A DNA stretch of 64,000 bases from Opitutales bacterium (lineage in GTDB: Bacteria; Verrucomicrobiota; Verrucomicrobiia; Opitutales; T3Sed10-336). Of this stretch, positions 9,837-21,238 are shown one piece after another (position 1 is the first letter of the stretch; each line of letters begins with the position of its first letter). The stretch lies in contig JAIUMY010000004.1 of assembly GCA_022565335.1 (NCBI GenBank), positions 809 to 64,808 on the forward strand, given 5' to 3'. Both the position numbers and the translations under genes were made by a program. Under the pieces are notes generated by a model that saw only the letters and a list, made by a program, of their open reading frames with translations, ran no database searches and was not told where the DNA came from.

Positions 9837-10433
9837 TTAGACATATTCGAGCTCATCACCTTTCTTTTTCACTTCTTGCGCCCCCTCCAGAAGCTCGGCA
9901 ATGGGGTCCCATTTGCCCTCCACCAAAGCCCGTTTGGCAGAATCGCGAATCTCCGCCGGAAAGGTTTGCTCCCCGACCTGAACTTTTTCGTTTACCACAT
10001 CCAAGGTAATTTCAATCTGGGGATCCTTTTCGATTAAAGCGGCCATCGCTTTGATGTCCACAGGGGAACAGGAAAAGCAGGGAATGCCCAACGTGGTCGA
10101 GTTCCCGAAGAAGATCTCGGCGTAGCTTTCGGCAATGATTCCGCGATACCCGGCCTTGTGGAGGGACTGCGGGGCGTGCTCGCGGGAACTGCCGCAGCCA
10201 AAATTTGAACCGCTTAGCAGAATTGAAGCGCCGGCAAAACGAGGGTCATTCAAAATATGCTTTTTCTCGGTTCCGTCTTCGTTTTTCCGAACGTCGTAAA
10301 AGGCAAACTCCCCCAAGCCATCAAAGGTGATGCACTTCATGAAGCGGGCCGGAATAATACGGTCAGTGTCAATATCGTCGCCCGCAACATAAACGCCCCG
10401 GCCGGTAACTTTGGTGATTTTTTCTAAGGCCAT
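9837..10433 (-). CDS. leuD: 3-isopropylmalate dehydratase small subunit
   Basis: Contains GSNFGCGSSREHAPQSL; 198 aa; adjacent to leuC. Confidence 0.95.
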   Translation of the reverse strand: MALEKITKVTGRGVYVAGDDIDTDRIIPARFMKCITFDGLGEFAFYDVRKNEDGTEKKHILNDPRFAGASILLSGSNFGCGSSREHAPQSLHKAGYRGIIAESYAEIFFGNSTTLGIPCFSCSPVDIKAMAALIEKDPQIEITLDVVNEKVQVGEQTFPAEIRDSAKRALVEGKWDPIAELLEGAQEVKKKGDELEYV

Positions 10434-10454
10434 AGTAATTTTGATTTTTAAAGA

Positions 10455-11879
10455 TTAGACCGCTACTGCGGGGGATACTCCGAAGACTTCACGCGCGTCG
10501 CTCACCTCTCCAGTGACCGCGGCGGCGGCGACCATCAGCGGGCTCATGAGAACGGTTCGTCCGATCGGACTGCCTTGGCGACCTTTGAAATTACGATTGC
10601 TTGAACTGGCGCAGAGTTGATCACCGATTAGCTTGTCCGGGTTCATCGCCAGACACATGGAACAACCTGCACCGCGCCATTCAAAGCCCGCTTCGCGAAA
10701 GATCTCGTCGATTCCCGCAGCCTCGCAAAGCTTGGCCACTCCCTGGGAACCGGGTACCGCGATGGCTTTTATACCGGGAGCCACTTTACGGCCTTTCAGG
10801 TAATTGGCGACCTCCTGAAAATCAGAGAAACGGCCATTTGTGCAACTTCCCAAAAAGGCTACATCTATGGGCGTTCCCTTGATAGCCGCTCCCGGCTGCA
10901 ATTTCATATACTCCAAAGCTTCTTCGATACTGGCCTTTTCCGCTTCCTCCGCTTGAGCCGGATCGGGGATCGTTTCGTCGATCGCAATACCTTGGCCCGG
11001 GGTGATACCCCAAGTCACCGTCGGAGCAATGTCCTCGGCGCGGATATTCACCACATCATCATACTCGCAGTCGGGGTCCGAGGCGATGGCCTTCCAACGC
11101 TCCACGGCCTTGTCCCATTCCGCTCCCTGAGGAACATAAGGTCGCCCTTTCAGAAACTCAAAGGTGGTTTCATCCGGATTCACGTAGCCGGCACGGGCAC
11201 CGCCCTCAATGGACATATTGCAGACCGTCATCCGTTCTTCCATAGTGAAACGATCAAAAACCTCGCCGCCATATTCGTAGGCAAAGCCGGTCCCCCCTTT
11301 CACGCCAAGCTTTTTAATAATGTGCAGGATCACGTCTTTAGAATAGACGCCGGGGCGAAGTTCACCATCGACGTTGATGCGGCGAACCTTCAACTTGCCC
11401 ATGGCCAGGGTCTGGGTCGCAAGAACATCCCTCACCTGGCTGGTACCAATCCCAAAAGCGATGGCCCCAAAAGCGCCATGCGTGGAAGTATGGGAATCAC
11501 CGCAGGCAATGGTCGTGCCGGGCTGGGTGATCCCCTGCTCAGGACCGACCACGTGCACGATGCCCTGTTTGCCGGAGGCGAGGTCGAAATAGGTAACCCC
11601 GAATTCCTCGGCGTTACGCTTGAGTTCCCTGATCATCGCATCAGCCAGGGGATCAGCAAAAGGCTGCGTAAACTGATCGGTCGGCACAATATGGTCAACC
11701 GTGGCAAAGGTCCGCTTCGGAAAGAGTACCGGCAAGGAAAGCTCCCGCAGCATTCCAAACGCCTGCGGACTGGTGACCTCATGAATGAGGTGCGTCCCGA
11801 TAAATAATTGAGTTTGTCCATTGGAAAGCTCGCGAACCGCGTGCTTTTCCCAGACTTTTTCATACAACGACTTGGCCAT
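10455..11879 (-). CDS. leuC: 3-isopropylmalate dehydratase large subunit
   Basis: Aconitase-family Fe-S motifs [29 protein letters not shown] and CSMCLAMN. Confidence 0.95.
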   Translation of the reverse strand: MAKSLYEKVWEKHAVRELSNGQTQLFIGTHLIHEVTSPQAFGMLRELSLPVLFPKRTFATVDHIVPTDQFTQPFADPLADAMIRELKRNAEEFGVTYFDLASGKQGIVHVVGPEQGITQPGTTIACGDSHTSTHGAFGAIAFGIGTSQVRDVLATQTLAMGKLKVRRINVDGELRPGVYSKDVILHIIKKLGVKGGTGFAYEYGGEVFDRFTMEERMTVCNMSIEGGARAGYVNPDETTFEFLKGRPYVPQGAEWDKAVERWKAIASDPDCEYDDVVNIRAEDIAPTVTWGITPGQGIAIDETIPDPAQAEEAEKASIEEALEYMKLQPGAAIKGTPIDVAFLGSCTNGRFSDFQEVANYLKGRKVAPGIKAIAVPGSQGVAKLCEAAGIDEIFREAGFEWRGAGCSMCLAMNPDKLIGDQLCASSSNRNFKGRQGSPIGRTVLMSPLMVAAAAVTGEVSDAREVFGVSPAVAV

Positions 11880-12031
11880 AATTGATTTCCGCTTGGTGGT
11901 AATCGAAACAAAAAATGCCCTGGAGGGCTTACATACGAACTTGTAAAACTAGCACTTCGTGCCGGTTCTTGGCAACTAAGAATTCTCATTCGTCATTGCC
12001 CCCCACCAAAAAATCCTTCATCCTACCCCCC

Positions 12032-12925
12032 ATGAACCGAATTCCCGCTTTGCTTCTTTGCCTCCCGTTCGCCCTTCTTTGTCTTTCCTTGAAAGGAGAT
12101 GAAGTCACCCTGGACCCGGAGACGCCCCTCATCATTTATTTGGAGGCCGATATGGACTCAGCCATTCTGACCACCCTCTCGCCTGCCGAGGATGATTGGA
12201 CCCTCCAACCGGGAATCCCCCTGGAGGACGATCAATGGGACGCTGGCTGGCGCGCGTTGGAGTTCACCCATCCCACTTTAGTCTGGGCACTAGCCGAAAA
12301 TTTAACCAAAGACCTGGAGCTTCGTCCGGAAACTCCCCTTTTCGCCGAACCCGAAGCCTCAGTGAACAATATGCTCACCATCCTCGAAAACCCCGAAGAT
12401 GGCAGAGTGCTTCGAGAGGAAAATGGCTGGGCGCGAGTCCGGGTCACCACCAAGCTGGTGGGCTTTGCCCAGCGAGCAGAATGGGCCGCCAAGCCAGAAC
12501 CGGTTTCCGCATTGGCCGAATCCCGGGAAAGGCCCCAAGAGGACACGCCAACAGAGGTGGATGATGACTTGTTTGCGGCGGCAGAAACTCTGGACATTTC
12601 CTCCTCCGAACCTTCTCCGCCTCCGCGCGCCGCGCAACCCCGACGCACCTTACAAACTGTCGATGGAGAGACGATTGAGGGAACGATGCGCTTTTACGAA
12701 GGCTTCCTCGGCCAAAACCGCAGCTTCCTTGGACGATCCCCGGAATACCCCTATTCCCTCACCAACCAACGGGGCCGCCGCTTGGCCGATTTGGATACCA
12801 GCAATCTTCTTCTTACCACGAGCTTGAAAAAACAAGTGGGCCGCCAAATCGCCGTTCAGGGTATCCTGCAGGACGATGATCGCCGGGTCCCGGTGATCGT
12901 TATCGAAAGTCTGCACTTGCCCTGA
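12032..12925 (+). CDS. Hypothetical secreted protein (signal peptide, SH3b-like stretch)
   Basis: The start is chosen at [40 protein letters not shown] resembles a bacterial SH3 domain. No other recognisable motifs. Confidence 0.5.
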   Translation: MNRIPALLLCLPFALLCLSLKGDEVTLDPETPLIIYLEADMDSAILTTLSPAEDDWTLQPGIPLEDDQWDAGWRALEFTHPTLVWALAENLTKDLELRPETPLFAEPEASVNNMLTILENPEDGRVLREENGWARVRVTTKLVGFAQRAEWAAKPEPVSALAESRERPQEDTPTEVDDDLFAAAETLDISSSEPSPPPRAAQPRRTLQTVDGETIEGTMRFYEGFLGQNRSFLGRSPEYPYSLTNQRGRRLADLDTSNLLLTTSLKKQVGRQIAVQGILQDDDRRVPVIVIESLHLP

Positions 12926-12954
12926 TCAGTCCGCCTTCTTTACAGTTTTCACTC

Positions 12955-13833
12955 ATGGAATTAATTCACGGAAACGCCATTGCTGAGCAAATCATTACCG
13001 AGTTAACCAAAGAGGTCTCCTCCCTTTCCGGGCCCCGCCCGTGCGTGGCCTTTATCCGGGTCGGAGAGGACCCAGCCTCGGTTTCCTACGTCCGAAAAAA
13101 AGAAAAAACCGCAGCGAAGATCGGAATAGAAAGCAGACTGTACGTGTTTCCCGCAACGATCAGTCAGGAGAAGCTTTTCCAGGAAATCGACCGCCTTAAT
13201 GAAGACCCTTCGGTCCATGGTATTTTGATTCAAGCTCCCTTACCCTCGCAAATCGTCGAGAAAGAAGCCTTCCGGCGGGTTCGCCCGGAAAAGGATGTGG
13301 ATGGTTTTCACACCTGGAATCTTGGCCTCCTCTGCCAGGAGGAGGAAGAAGGGTTTGTTGCCTGCACCCCCGCCGGCGTTATTGAATTGCTCAAAAGGAC
13401 TGGCATCGTCCTGCGGGGGAAAAGGCTGGTCGTGGTCGGCCGCAGCCTCATCGTCGGGAAGCCTCTGGCCCTTTTAGGCATGGCCAAGGGCGAATTCGGC
13501 GATGCCACCGTTACAGTCTGCCATTCCCGCACCCCCGATCTGGCCGGAACGGTCCGCCAGGCCGATATCATCGTCGCCGCCATCGGCCGCGCCAATTTCA
13601 TCACCGCCGATATGGTCAAGGAGGGTGCCGTGGTCATCGACGTCGGGATTAACCGGATTCCCGATGACTCCCGCAAGAGCGGCTATCGCCTGGTTGGCGA
13701 CGTCGATTTCGAAAACGTCTCCCCACGCTCCTCCCACATCACTCCCGTGCCGGGCGGGGTTGGGCCCATGACCGTGGCCATGTTGATGAAAAACACTCTA
13801 AAGGCCTACCAACGCCAAATGTCAGATGTCTGA
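12955..13833 (+). CDS. folD: Bifunctional methylenetetrahydrofolate dehydrogenase/cyclohydrolase
   Basis: Contains [15 protein letters not shown]...TVCHSRT...[18 protein letters not shown]. Confidence 0.95.
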   Translation: MELIHGNAIAEQIITELTKEVSSLSGPRPCVAFIRVGEDPASVSYVRKKEKTAAKIGIESRLYVFPATISQEKLFQEIDRLNEDPSVHGILIQAPLPSQIVEKEAFRRVRPEKDVDGFHTWNLGLLCQEEEEGFVACTPAGVIELLKRTGIVLRGKRLVVVGRSLIVGKPLALLGMAKGEFGDATVTVCHSRTPDLAGTVRQADIIVAAIGRANFITADMVKEGAVVIDVGINRIPDDSRKSGYRLVGDVDFENVSPRSSHITPVPGGVGPMTVAMLMKNTLKAYQRQMSDV

Positions 13834-14491
13834 GCACAGCTTTCACCAGTCTCCGGAAGAACCGGAAGATGTTGCCAATGCACCTAAAGCGGTGTTGGAA
13901 CCTGCCCCCCTTCTCCCGCGCTTTTCCGCCTTCTGCGCGGACATGTGTGTGATTATCTTTTTATTTATCACGGTTCTCTACGTTTTTTTGCCACGAATCT
14001 ATCCCGCTGAGAGCCAAGCCCTACAGGAGTATCAGGAAGAGGTTACCCAACATCACGAGGAAGCCCAACGCGCCCACGAACGCGGGGAAGAACCACCCCC
14101 GGCACCTGAACCCAGCGAAAGTGTCGCGCGTTATGCCAATATCTTACATATGTCGCTCCTGTTGACCATTTTCCTCTATTTTTTTCTGAGCGAAAAACTC
14201 TCCCGCGGAAGCTCTCCGGGGAAAATGTTGTTCCGGTTGAAGGTGGTTTTACGCGAGGCCCCGCAGCGTCCGCTCCCGGGAATCGTCTCGGCCCTCCGCG
14301 CCCTCGTCAAAACCTCCTTCTTCATTCTCCCACCCTTGCTGGTCCTTTTCGCTTTTGTCTTTTTCCAGCCCCAACGACGCGGACTACATGATTTATTCGC
14401 ACGAACTATTTTAGTAAGACCCCTCCCCGTCAATCCGGCTTCTCCGGAAAGTATTGATGATTCTGCGGAACCTCCGCAGGAAAAGCCCTAA
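13826..14491 (+). CDS. RDD-family membrane protein
   Basis: Three hydrophobic segments and a C-terminal [14 protein letters not shown], typical of the RDD domain. Overlaps the folD end by 8 nt. Confidence 0.7.
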   Translation: MSEHSFHQSPEEPEDVANAPKAVLEPAPLLPRFSAFCADMCVIIFLFITVLYVFLPRIYPAESQALQEYQEEVTQHHEEAQRAHERGEEPPPAPEPSESVARYANILHMSLLLTIFLYFFLSEKLSRGSSPGKMLFRLKVVLREAPQRPLPGIVSALRALVKTSFFILPPLLVLFAFVFFQPQRRGLHDLFARTILVRPLPVNPASPESIDDSAEPPQEKP

Positions 14492-14495
14492 TGCT

Positions 14496-15608
14496 ATGAA
14501 TACCCCTTATAAAGTCCTCGTTGTCGATGACCAGCCCATCAATGTCCACATGCTCAAGCGGAAGCTTGAGAAACACGACATTGAAGTAAGGACGGCAACC
14601 TCCGGCACGGAATGCCTGCAAATGGTGCAGGAAGATTGCCCCGATCTCATTCTGCTCGATGTGATGATGCCCGAGATGGACGGATTTGAGGTTTGCCGAA
14701 ATCTCCAAAAAAATCGCAAAACAGCCTCTATCCCAATCATTTTTGTCACCGCTAAAACCAGCAAAGGGGGACGTTTGGAAGGCCTCGGCGTGGGGGCCGT
14801 GGACTACATCACCAAACCCATCGACCTGGATGAAACCCTTGCCCGCGTCCAGACCCAACTTCGCTTTCTGGAAATCAATCGCGAAAACATCCGGCTCCAG
14901 GAACGGCTGGGAGAAGTTCGGCGCAATTCCGCCATCGGCGCCATCACTCAAGGCATTGCTCACAATTTAAACAACCTTCTGGGAGTTGCCGTCGGTTATC
15001 TGGACCTGATCCGAATCAATAACGAAAAGCCCGATTTGATCCTTAAATACCAGCAAATGCTGGATCAGGCCATTCAGCGAATCATTACCATCATTCGCCA
15101 ACTTTCCTCCCAGATCGAAGAAAATCAATTGCCCCGGACAGAAGTCCCCTTAAACCAACTGATTGAGGAGGGAGTCGGTGTTTTTGAAAAGGAAATCGGC
15201 CAGGAACCTCCGGTAAAATTGAAAATCCACCGCCCGGAAATTGCCCTCCGCACCCAGCGGGAAGCCATCGTCGAATCGCTCAACCGACTCCTGCGCAACG
15301 CCTACGAAAGTTACAGCGAGGAAACCCCAATGGACCAACGGGTGATTCGTTTGAAAACATGGGAAGAAACCAACCAGGGAGAAAATACCTTGGTGATTTC
15401 AATAAGCGATGAAGGGTCGGGAATCGACAAATCTGTCGAGGACAGCATATTCGACCCCTTTGTCAGTACCAAGCAAACCGTCGGCACCGGCATGGGCCTG
15501 ACCATGGCCCGCCACGCTCTACGTAATATCGGCGGAGATGTGACCCTGAACAATAATACGAATGGGCAAAAAGGCGCAACCGCCATCGTTTATCACCCGA
15601 TGAAGTGA
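14496..15608 (+). CDS. Hybrid response-regulator receiver / histidine kinase
   Basis: REC domain (KVLVVDDQPINVHML...DLILLDVMMPEMDG...TAK), H-box ITQGIAHNLNNLLGV, and ATPase boxes LLRNAYES, DEGSGI and GTGMGLTMAR. The start is ATG 14496. Confidence 0.8.
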   Translation: MNTPYKVLVVDDQPINVHMLKRKLEKHDIEVRTATSGTECLQMVQEDCPDLILLDVMMPEMDGFEVCRNLQKNRKTASIPIIFVTAKTSKGGRLEGLGVGAVDYITKPIDLDETLARVQTQLRFLEINRENIRLQERLGEVRRNSAIGAITQGIAHNLNNLLGVAVGYLDLIRINNEKPDLILKYQQMLDQAIQRIITIIRQLSSQIEENQLPRTEVPLNQLIEEGVGVFEKEIGQEPPVKLKIHRPEIALRTQREAIVESLNRLLRNAYESYSEETPMDQRVIRLKTWEETNQGENTLVISISDEGSGIDKSVEDSIFDPFVSTKQTVGTGMGLTMARHALRNIGGDVTLNNNTNGQKGATAIVYHPMK

Positions 15609-15666
15609 GGCCAAAGGGTTCAGCTCTCCCGTTAAATCAATTAAATCCGGGGTAAACGTCCCGGCT

Positions 15667-16341
15667 TTATTCAAATTCCCGGCGAAACGCTTCGAGCTTT
15701 TCCTCCAAATCTCGCAAATGCGCTTCGAGCTTTTCCACCCGCTCTTCCAGAACTCTGTGCTCCTCCGCCGAAACTTCCGCTTTGGCTTCCGGGAAATACG
15801 GAGCCGAGGTATCTCCTCCGGGCTCTTCCTCCTTGATCTCCGGCTCGCCACACAGTAAATGGGTAAAACGGACTTCTTTGCGCCCGATCTGCCGGGGCAA
15901 TTCACATACCAAGGGAAAATCAAAATCCTCCTGTAGGGATTTCAACTGCTCCCGAACCTCATCCAGAGTTGCAAAAGGCCGTAATCGCTCGCTACGTCCT
16001 CTCAACTCACCCACGGTCTGCGGGCCCCGTAGAAGGAGAAGACACAACAAGGCTTCCTGGGAAGGTTCAAAATTCCCCACCCGATGGATCGCATGGCGAA
16101 ACTTCGCCGTCCGACTACCGGCCTGGTCCACCCGTATCGCCAAATGCTTCTCCCGCAAACCATCCAAGGCTTTTTTCACCGTCAACTCATCAAATTCCAC
16201 CACCGGATCTCGGTTGCTCCGCTGGTTGCACGCCGAAAGCAACGAATTAACAGTGAGAGGATAAATATCCGGAGTGGTCGTCGCTTTCTCCATCAAGCAA
16301 CCTAACACCCGGGCTTCCGCAAATGACAAAGGGTTTTCCAT
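15667..16341 (-). CDS. YceH-like DUF480 (UPF0502) protein
   Basis: MENPLSFAEARVLGCLMEKATTTPDIYPLTVNSLLSACNQRSNRDPVV aligns with the E. coli YceH N-terminus, and the C-terminal coiled coil is present. The start is ATG 16341. Confidence 0.8.
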   Translation of the reverse strand: MENPLSFAEARVLGCLMEKATTTPDIYPLTVNSLLSACNQRSNRDPVVEFDELTVKKALDGLREKHLAIRVDQAGSRTAKFRHAIHRVGNFEPSQEALLCLLLLRGPQTVGELRGRSERLRPFATLDEVREQLKSLQEDFDFPLVCELPRQIGRKEVRFTHLLCGEPEIKEEEPGGDTSAPYFPEAKAEVSAEEHRVLEERVEKLEAHLRDLEEKLEAFRREFE

Positions 16342-16396
16342 CCCTTCCACAAAGCAAAAATCCCCCTCAAAACGCAAGCCCCGGAAAATCTAAATG

Positions 16397-16446
16397 CGTC
16401 AACAGTCAAGTGCCAGACTCTTAAAAACCGTCAATATTTAAGTGCT
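16397..16446 (+). repeat. Paired dispersed intergenic repeat, locus 1 (CGTCAACAGTCAAGTGCC 16397-16414; CGTCAATATTTAAGTGCT 16429-16446)
   Basis: Direct comparison with loci 46209-46262 and 57592-57647. Confidence 0.7.
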
Positions 16447-16635
16447 GGAAACCTAGTTGTAAATTCTTAAGGTATTATTCAGCAGCGAATTGCAAAAGTT
16501 GGGGGAGTTCACGATACGGGCGAGGAGTTTGTCAGTATTTTATTTCCTGTGTCTTATTTAATGTCAACAAATTGGTTCGGGAATCTTAGTTGTAAAGTGT
16601 ATAAAGAAGGGTGTGCGGGTTGGTGAAATCTTTTG

Positions 16636-17061
16636 CTAGCTGGTTGTTTGGGTGAGGATGAGGGCGGTGGCCTGTGCCAGGGTTTCGGTGTGGGAGAGGG
16701 ATACCCAGACTTCCTCACCTCCGAGTCGGTGCAAAAGTTGTTTTCCCAGGTCATCCAAAACGACCAGTGGTTCGCCCTTGGTGCCGTGAATGATGCCCAC
16801 CGAGGTCCAGTTCAACTCTTTGCCGATTCCCGTTCGAAAGGCTTTACTCACCGCCTCTTTGGCCGCAAACCGAGCGGCAAAATGCTTGCCGGGCGACTTC
16901 ATCGCTCCGGCATAACGGATTTCCTCCGGAGTAAAAACCCGGTGTAAAAATTTGTCCCCATGCCGCTGGATTGCTTTTTCCACCCGAACAACATCCACCA
17001 GATCGTTTCCCAGGCCCAGAACCCAACCTCCCTGCAGAGGAAGTTTTTCCCCGCCGGTCAT
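16636..17061 (-). CDS. acpS: Holo-[acyl-carrier-protein] synthase
   Basis: Contains [31 protein letters not shown]; 4-nt overlap with pdxJ. Confidence 0.85.
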   Translation of the reverse strand: MTGGEKLPLQGGWVLGLGNDLVDVVRVEKAIQRHGDKFLHRVFTPEEIRYAGAMKSPGKHFAARFAAKEAVSKAFRTGIGKELNWTSVGIIHGTKGEPLVVLDDLGKQLLHRLGGEEVWVSLSHTETLAQATALILTQTTS

Positions 17062-17837
17062 TGGTCCAAAACTTTGCGGGGCTCGTATCCCGACATCCGC
17101 GCCTTCATTTCCCGGACGGCTTCAGGCAGGCCTGTCGCCACCGCCCGACTGATAATGCTGTGTCCGATGTTCAGTTCGTGCAAATAGGGCAAGCATAAGA
17201 TGTCGGCAATATTTTGGTAGTTTATACCGTGTCCGGCGTTTACCACCAACCCGAGGCGGTCGGCTTGAATACAGGCGTGCTGCAGACGGCGAACTTCCTT
17301 TTCTTTGAGATCTCCCCGGGCATTGGCGAAAGTTCCCGTGTGCAATTCGATGACCGGAGCCCCGATGTCGGCCGAAGCTTCAATTTGAACTGGTTCGGGA
17401 TCGATAAAAAGACTCACTTCAATTCCAGCTTCCCGAAGTGGTCCCACCGTTTCCGCAACTCTTTGCCGATCTCCTGCAACTTCCAGCCCACCCTCGGTGG
17501 TTACCTCATCCCGGCCCTCGGGAACCAAACAAACAGCCTCGGGAGACAAATCCAAGGCAAACTCAACCATGGCCGCAGTGCAGGCCATTTCCAAATTCAG
17601 TCGGGTCCGCAAGGATTTCCGTAGTCGTCGCACATCCTCTTCCTGAATATGGCGACGGTCTTCGCGCAGATGAACGGTGATCCCGTCCGCCCCCGCCTCC
17701 TCGGCCAGCATCGCCAAGTAAACCGGGTCGGGTTCAACCACGCCACCGCAGGTATTTTCCAGATCGCGGTAACGAGCCTGGCGCAGAGTGGCGGTGTGGT
17801 CGATATTTACTCCCAGAAGCAAAGCATTTCGGGTCAT
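17058..17837 (-). CDS. pdxJ: Pyridoxine 5'-phosphate synthase
   Basis: Contains [16 protein letters not shown]...EPDPV...HLREDRRHI...NAGHG. Confidence 0.95.
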   Translation of the reverse strand: MTRNALLLGVNIDHTATLRQARYRDLENTCGGVVEPDPVYLAMLAEEAGADGITVHLREDRRHIQEEDVRRLRKSLRTRLNLEMACTAAMVEFALDLSPEAVCLVPEGRDEVTTEGGLEVAGDRQRVAETVGPLREAGIEVSLFIDPEPVQIEASADIGAPVIELHTGTFANARGDLKEKEVRRLQHACIQADRLGLVVNAGHGINYQNIADILCLPYLHELNIGHSIISRAVATGLPEAVREMKARMSGYEPRKVLDQ

Positions 17838-17920
17838 TATCTACACTTCTACTATCCGTCCGCGAAGCGCAAGCAAAAGGCGTTTGTCATTTCCCTAAAA
17901 ACTCCCAAGATAGATTTCCT

Positions 17921-18406
17921 ATGGCCAACCCCGAACGCCGGCAAGAACTCGAACGCCAAAGGGCGATCATCCAAGAACACCTCGCGTGGCTGGACCGCGA
18001 AATCGCACGAACCGAGGCCGCTGCTTCTAGCAAAGGAACACCCTCTTCGCCTCCCCCGCAGTCCTCCGACCTGACTCCGGAGAACCAATCACCCCCCAGT
18101 CCAGCTGAAACGCCCCCTCAGCAAAAGGAGGAAACCCTCCCTTTGGTCACTGCCGGGCAGGATGAGTTAGCCGATGCATTTGCCGAAGAATTGCTACCCG
18201 AGGGCATTGATACCGAACGCCGCACCGCCGCGGAAATTCAGAAAGAAATCCGTGGGGGCTGTTTCTTTTATTGCGCTTTGCTCGTTCTCGCCAGTCTGCT
18301 TTTTTACGGCATTCTTCATTTTGTTTTCGTCACCAGCGCGCCCGATGAGGAAGAGGATCACCCTCCTTCCGAACCTTCTTCTTTCCCTATTGAATCGACT
18401 GATTGA
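17921..18406 (+). CDS. Hypothetical protein, Pro/Ser-rich with one C-terminal TM segment
   Basis: ORF with an ATG start and a hydrophobic stretch CFFYCALLVLASLLFYGILHFVFV. No recognisable family. Confidence 0.4.
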   Translation: MANPERRQELERQRAIIQEHLAWLDREIARTEAAASSKGTPSSPPPQSSDLTPENQSPPSPAETPPQQKEETLPLVTAGQDELADAFAEELLPEGIDTERRTAAEIQKEIRGGCFFYCALLVLASLLFYGILHFVFVTSAPDEEEDHPPSEPSSFPIESTD

Positions 18407-18436
18407 CTCCGGCCAAAGACTTCTTTCCTTTGCAGT

Positions 18437-18970
18437 ATGACCTCTTCCTCCGAACAAACTCTCTATCTTGGCGCTGGTTGCTTTTGGTGCACCGAAGCTG
18501 TTTTTCAACAAATCGATGGCGTTCTTTCCGTCGTATCGGGTTATATGGGTGGCGACCTGCCCAATCCTACCTATGAGCAAATCTGTTCCGGCCAGACGGG
18601 CCATGCCGAAGTGATCAAAGTCACTTACAACGAAAACAAAGTTTCGACCGAAACCCTCCTGCAAGTATTCTGGGGCACCCACAACCCCACCACTCTCAAC
18701 CGCCAGGGCGCGGACATCGGGACCCAATATCGTTCCGCCATCTTCTACGGCACTCCGGAACAAAAGGAAACTGCGACCCGAGTAAAAGAAAGTCTCGAGA
18801 AACAAGGCATCTTTGACGATGAAATCGTCACGGAAATCACGCCCGCGAGCGAATTTTACCCCGCCGAGGAATACCATCAGAATTATTACCGCCGCCAACC
18901 TCAGGCGCCTTACTGTCAAATGGTCATCACCCCAAAATTGCAAAAACTGCAAGCCCTCAGGGATTCCTAA
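18437..18970 (+). CDS. msrA: Peptide-methionine (S)-S-oxide reductase
   Basis: Active-site GAGCFWCTEAVF; 177 aa. Confidence 0.95.
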   Translation: MTSSSEQTLYLGAGCFWCTEAVFQQIDGVLSVVSGYMGGDLPNPTYEQICSGQTGHAEVIKVTYNENKVSTETLLQVFWGTHNPTTLNRQGADIGTQYRSAIFYGTPEQKETATRVKESLEKQGIFDDEIVTEITPASEFYPAEEYHQNYYRRQPQAPYCQMVITPKLQKLQALRDS

Positions 18971-18971
18971 A

Positions 18972-19940
18972 ATGTCATCTTCCCCTCCTCAACGCATTGC
19001 CATTGTTGGCGCCGGAGCCCTGGGCGGACTTTATGGGGGGCTCTTACAGAGAGCGGGACACGAAGTTCTCTTCATTGCCCGCTCCGCCTCTGAGGCGATG
19101 AACAAAGACGGTCTAACAGTTCGTCTTCCGGAAGAATCCTTCACCCTCCCGGTCCAAGCCTGTCGTGAAACCTCGGGTCAAAAGCCTGTGGACCTCGTTC
19201 TCATTTGTGGCAAAGCCACCGAGAACGCGGCCCTGGCGAAACATCTACCGCCCCTTCTCCAGGACCATACCCTGATCATCACCCTGCAAAACGGCATGGG
19301 AAATACCGAGTTTTTCGCCGAAGCCTTTGGTTCCGATCGGGTTCTCGGGGGTCTTTGTTTTGTCTGTACCAATCGCACCGGGAAGGCCGAAATCACCTGC
19401 ACCACCTTGGGTAAAATCGAATTCGCCGAAGCGTTCCCTTCTGCCCAAGACCGGGCCCCCGGGATTGCCACGCTCTTTTCCCATGCTGGCGTCCCCTCCC
19501 GGGCCTTTCCCTCGTTGGAAGAAATCCAGTGGCGCAAATTGGCGTGGAACATTCCCTTCAACGGACTGGCCATTGCCGGCGGCGGAATCACCACCGACCG
19601 AATCATGGCCTCCCCCGAATTGGTTCAACTCGGGCAAACCCTGGTGTCCGAAATTGCCTTTGCCGCCAAAGCCCGCGGGTATTTGCTGGAAGAAAATTTT
19701 TTGCAAAAACAATTCAACAAAACCCGCAGCATGGGCGCTTATGCACCCAGCAGCCTCCTCGATTACCAAGCCGGGAAAGCGGTCGAAGTGGAACCCATCT
19801 TTGGGATTCCCCTGCGCCGCGGCGAGGAAGCTGGCGTGAGTCTACCCACCCTCCGGGCTCTTTACCTTTTGCTTTGCCACCTCGTACGCGCTCAGAACCA
19901 CTCTTCAGAAAAGGTTGCCAAGGCTGAGGCTTCCCCCTAA
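18972..19940 (+). CDS. panE: 2-dehydropantoate 2-reductase
   Basis: The start is ATG 18972 (MSSSPPQRIAIVGAGALGGLYGG). ApbA/PanE N- and C-domain pattern, with WRKLAWNIPFNGL. The track start at 18813 overlaps msrA and is rejected. Confidence 0.85.
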   Translation: MSSSPPQRIAIVGAGALGGLYGGLLQRAGHEVLFIARSASEAMNKDGLTVRLPEESFTLPVQACRETSGQKPVDLVLICGKATENAALAKHLPPLLQDHTLIITLQNGMGNTEFFAEAFGSDRVLGGLCFVCTNRTGKAEITCTTLGKIEFAEAFPSAQDRAPGIATLFSHAGVPSRAFPSLEEIQWRKLAWNIPFNGLAIAGGGITTDRIMASPELVQLGQTLVSEIAFAAKARGYLLEENFLQKQFNKTRSMGAYAPSSLLDYQAGKAVEVEPIFGIPLRRGEEAGVSLPTLRALYLLLCHLVRAQNHSSEKVAKAEASP

Positions 19941-19951
19941 TCATACCCTTT

Positions 19952-21226
19952 ATGCCGCGACGCCGCACCAGCAGTCTGGATAAAGTTCTGGGCCGCATTG
20001 AAAGCCTGGATTCCAGTAGCCTTACCGTCTTAGCCCAACGATTGGCGCGGGAAAGAAGTCTTCTCGAAGCGGTCTTCAATCTGCTCCGGGAAGGGGTTCT
20101 GATTATTGATCCGGAGGGTAAAATCCTTTACACCAACGAGTCGGGTGCCCGCATGACGGGACTTCGGGAAAAAGACATTGGCGAACTGACCCTTTGGAAG
20201 CTGGTTCCCGGTTTGCACGATTCGCTGGAATTTGAACTGGAGGATCTGCAGACCCAAATCCCCTCGGTAAGCCGGGAAATATCCATCAGCTACCCCGAGG
20301 AAATTGTGGTACGCCTCTACATCGTTCCCTTCCAGGAAGAGGACGACCAAACCGATGACCGCAACGTCCCCACCGAAGAAGACGACAAACAATGGAAGCG
20401 GTTTGCGGTCATTCTCAGCGATGTAACCAAGGAAAAAGAAACCACCGAGAAAACCATTGAAAGCGAGCGCATCCAATCCCTTTTTCATCTCGCTGCCGGT
20501 GTAGCCCATGAACTGGGGAACCCCCTTAACTCCCTGACCATCCACCTACAACTGGCCGAACGCAAAATTCGCAAAGCCCTTGGCCCCGACGAAGCGGAGA
20601 AAATTCTCGATTCACTCACTATCTGCCGGGGCGAGGTCAAGCGTTTGGACGGCATTATCCAGAATTTCCTCGGGGCCATCCGCTTGGATTCTCCGGATTT
20701 TCAAAAACTCCATCTCCTTGATCTGGTCGAGGATGTTCTCAAGGTTTTGGGCGAGGAACTGCGGGACCGGGATATTAAAGTAGAGGTGGAATGGAAGCAC
20801 CAGCTTCCCGAGGTCTCGGCGGACCGCAACCAGATCAAACAGGTTCTGTTCAACTTGCTCAAAAACGCCATGGAAGCCATGCCCAAGGGCGGGTTTTTAA
20901 AAATCAGCTTTCGGCGCCAGGATGATGGAATCTCCATGCTCATTGCCGATACCGGGGCGGGCATAGCCCGGGACGATCTGGGCAAAGTCTTTCAGCCCTA
21001 TTTTACCACCAAAAAACGCGGTAACGGTCTCGGCCTGATGATTGTCCATCGCATTATGCGTGCTCATCAGGGCCATATCGGGATTGAAAGCCGGGAAGGC
21101 ACCGGCACCGTGATCTCGCTGTTTTTCCCTACCCGCTCGCGCTCTCCACGATTATTACCCGGAGCCCCCTCACCAAAAGACGAAAAGAAACGGAAACAGG
21201 CTGGACGAAGCGACGAGAAATCGTAA
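19952..21226 (+). CDS. PAS-domain sensor histidine kinase (NtrB/AtoS-like)
   Basis: PAS region (REGVLIIDPEGKILYTNESG), H-box AAGVAHELGNPLNSL, N-box LFNLLKNAMEAM, and G-boxes DTGAGI and GNGLGLMIVHRI. Confidence 0.85.
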   Translation: MPRRRTSSLDKVLGRIESLDSSSLTVLAQRLARERSLLEAVFNLLREGVLIIDPEGKILYTNESGARMTGLREKDIGELTLWKLVPGLHDSLEFELEDLQTQIPSVSREISISYPEEIVVRLYIVPFQEEDDQTDDRNVPTEEDDKQWKRFAVILSDVTKEKETTEKTIESERIQSLFHLAAGVAHELGNPLNSLTIHLQLAERKIRKALGPDEAEKILDSLTICRGEVKRLDGIIQNFLGAIRLDSPDFQKLHLLDLVEDVLKVLGEELRDRDIKVEVEWKHQLPEVSADRNQIKQVLFNLLKNAMEAMPKGGFLKISFRRQDDGISMLIADTGAGIARDDLGKVFQPYFTTKKRGNGLGLMIVHRIMRAHQGHIGIESREGTGTVISLFFPTRSRSPRLLPGAPSPKDEKKRKQAGRSDEKS

Positions 21227-21238
21227 AGCTAGACCCTT

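Noticed and set aside
11880-12031. Possible leucine attenuator upstream of leuC (small hairpin GCCC-UCCA-GGGC followed by a U-run at ~11914-11933 on the minus strand).
   Set aside because: The stem is only 4 bp. No leader peptide with consecutive Leu codons was found. No alternative anti-terminator pairing is evident.
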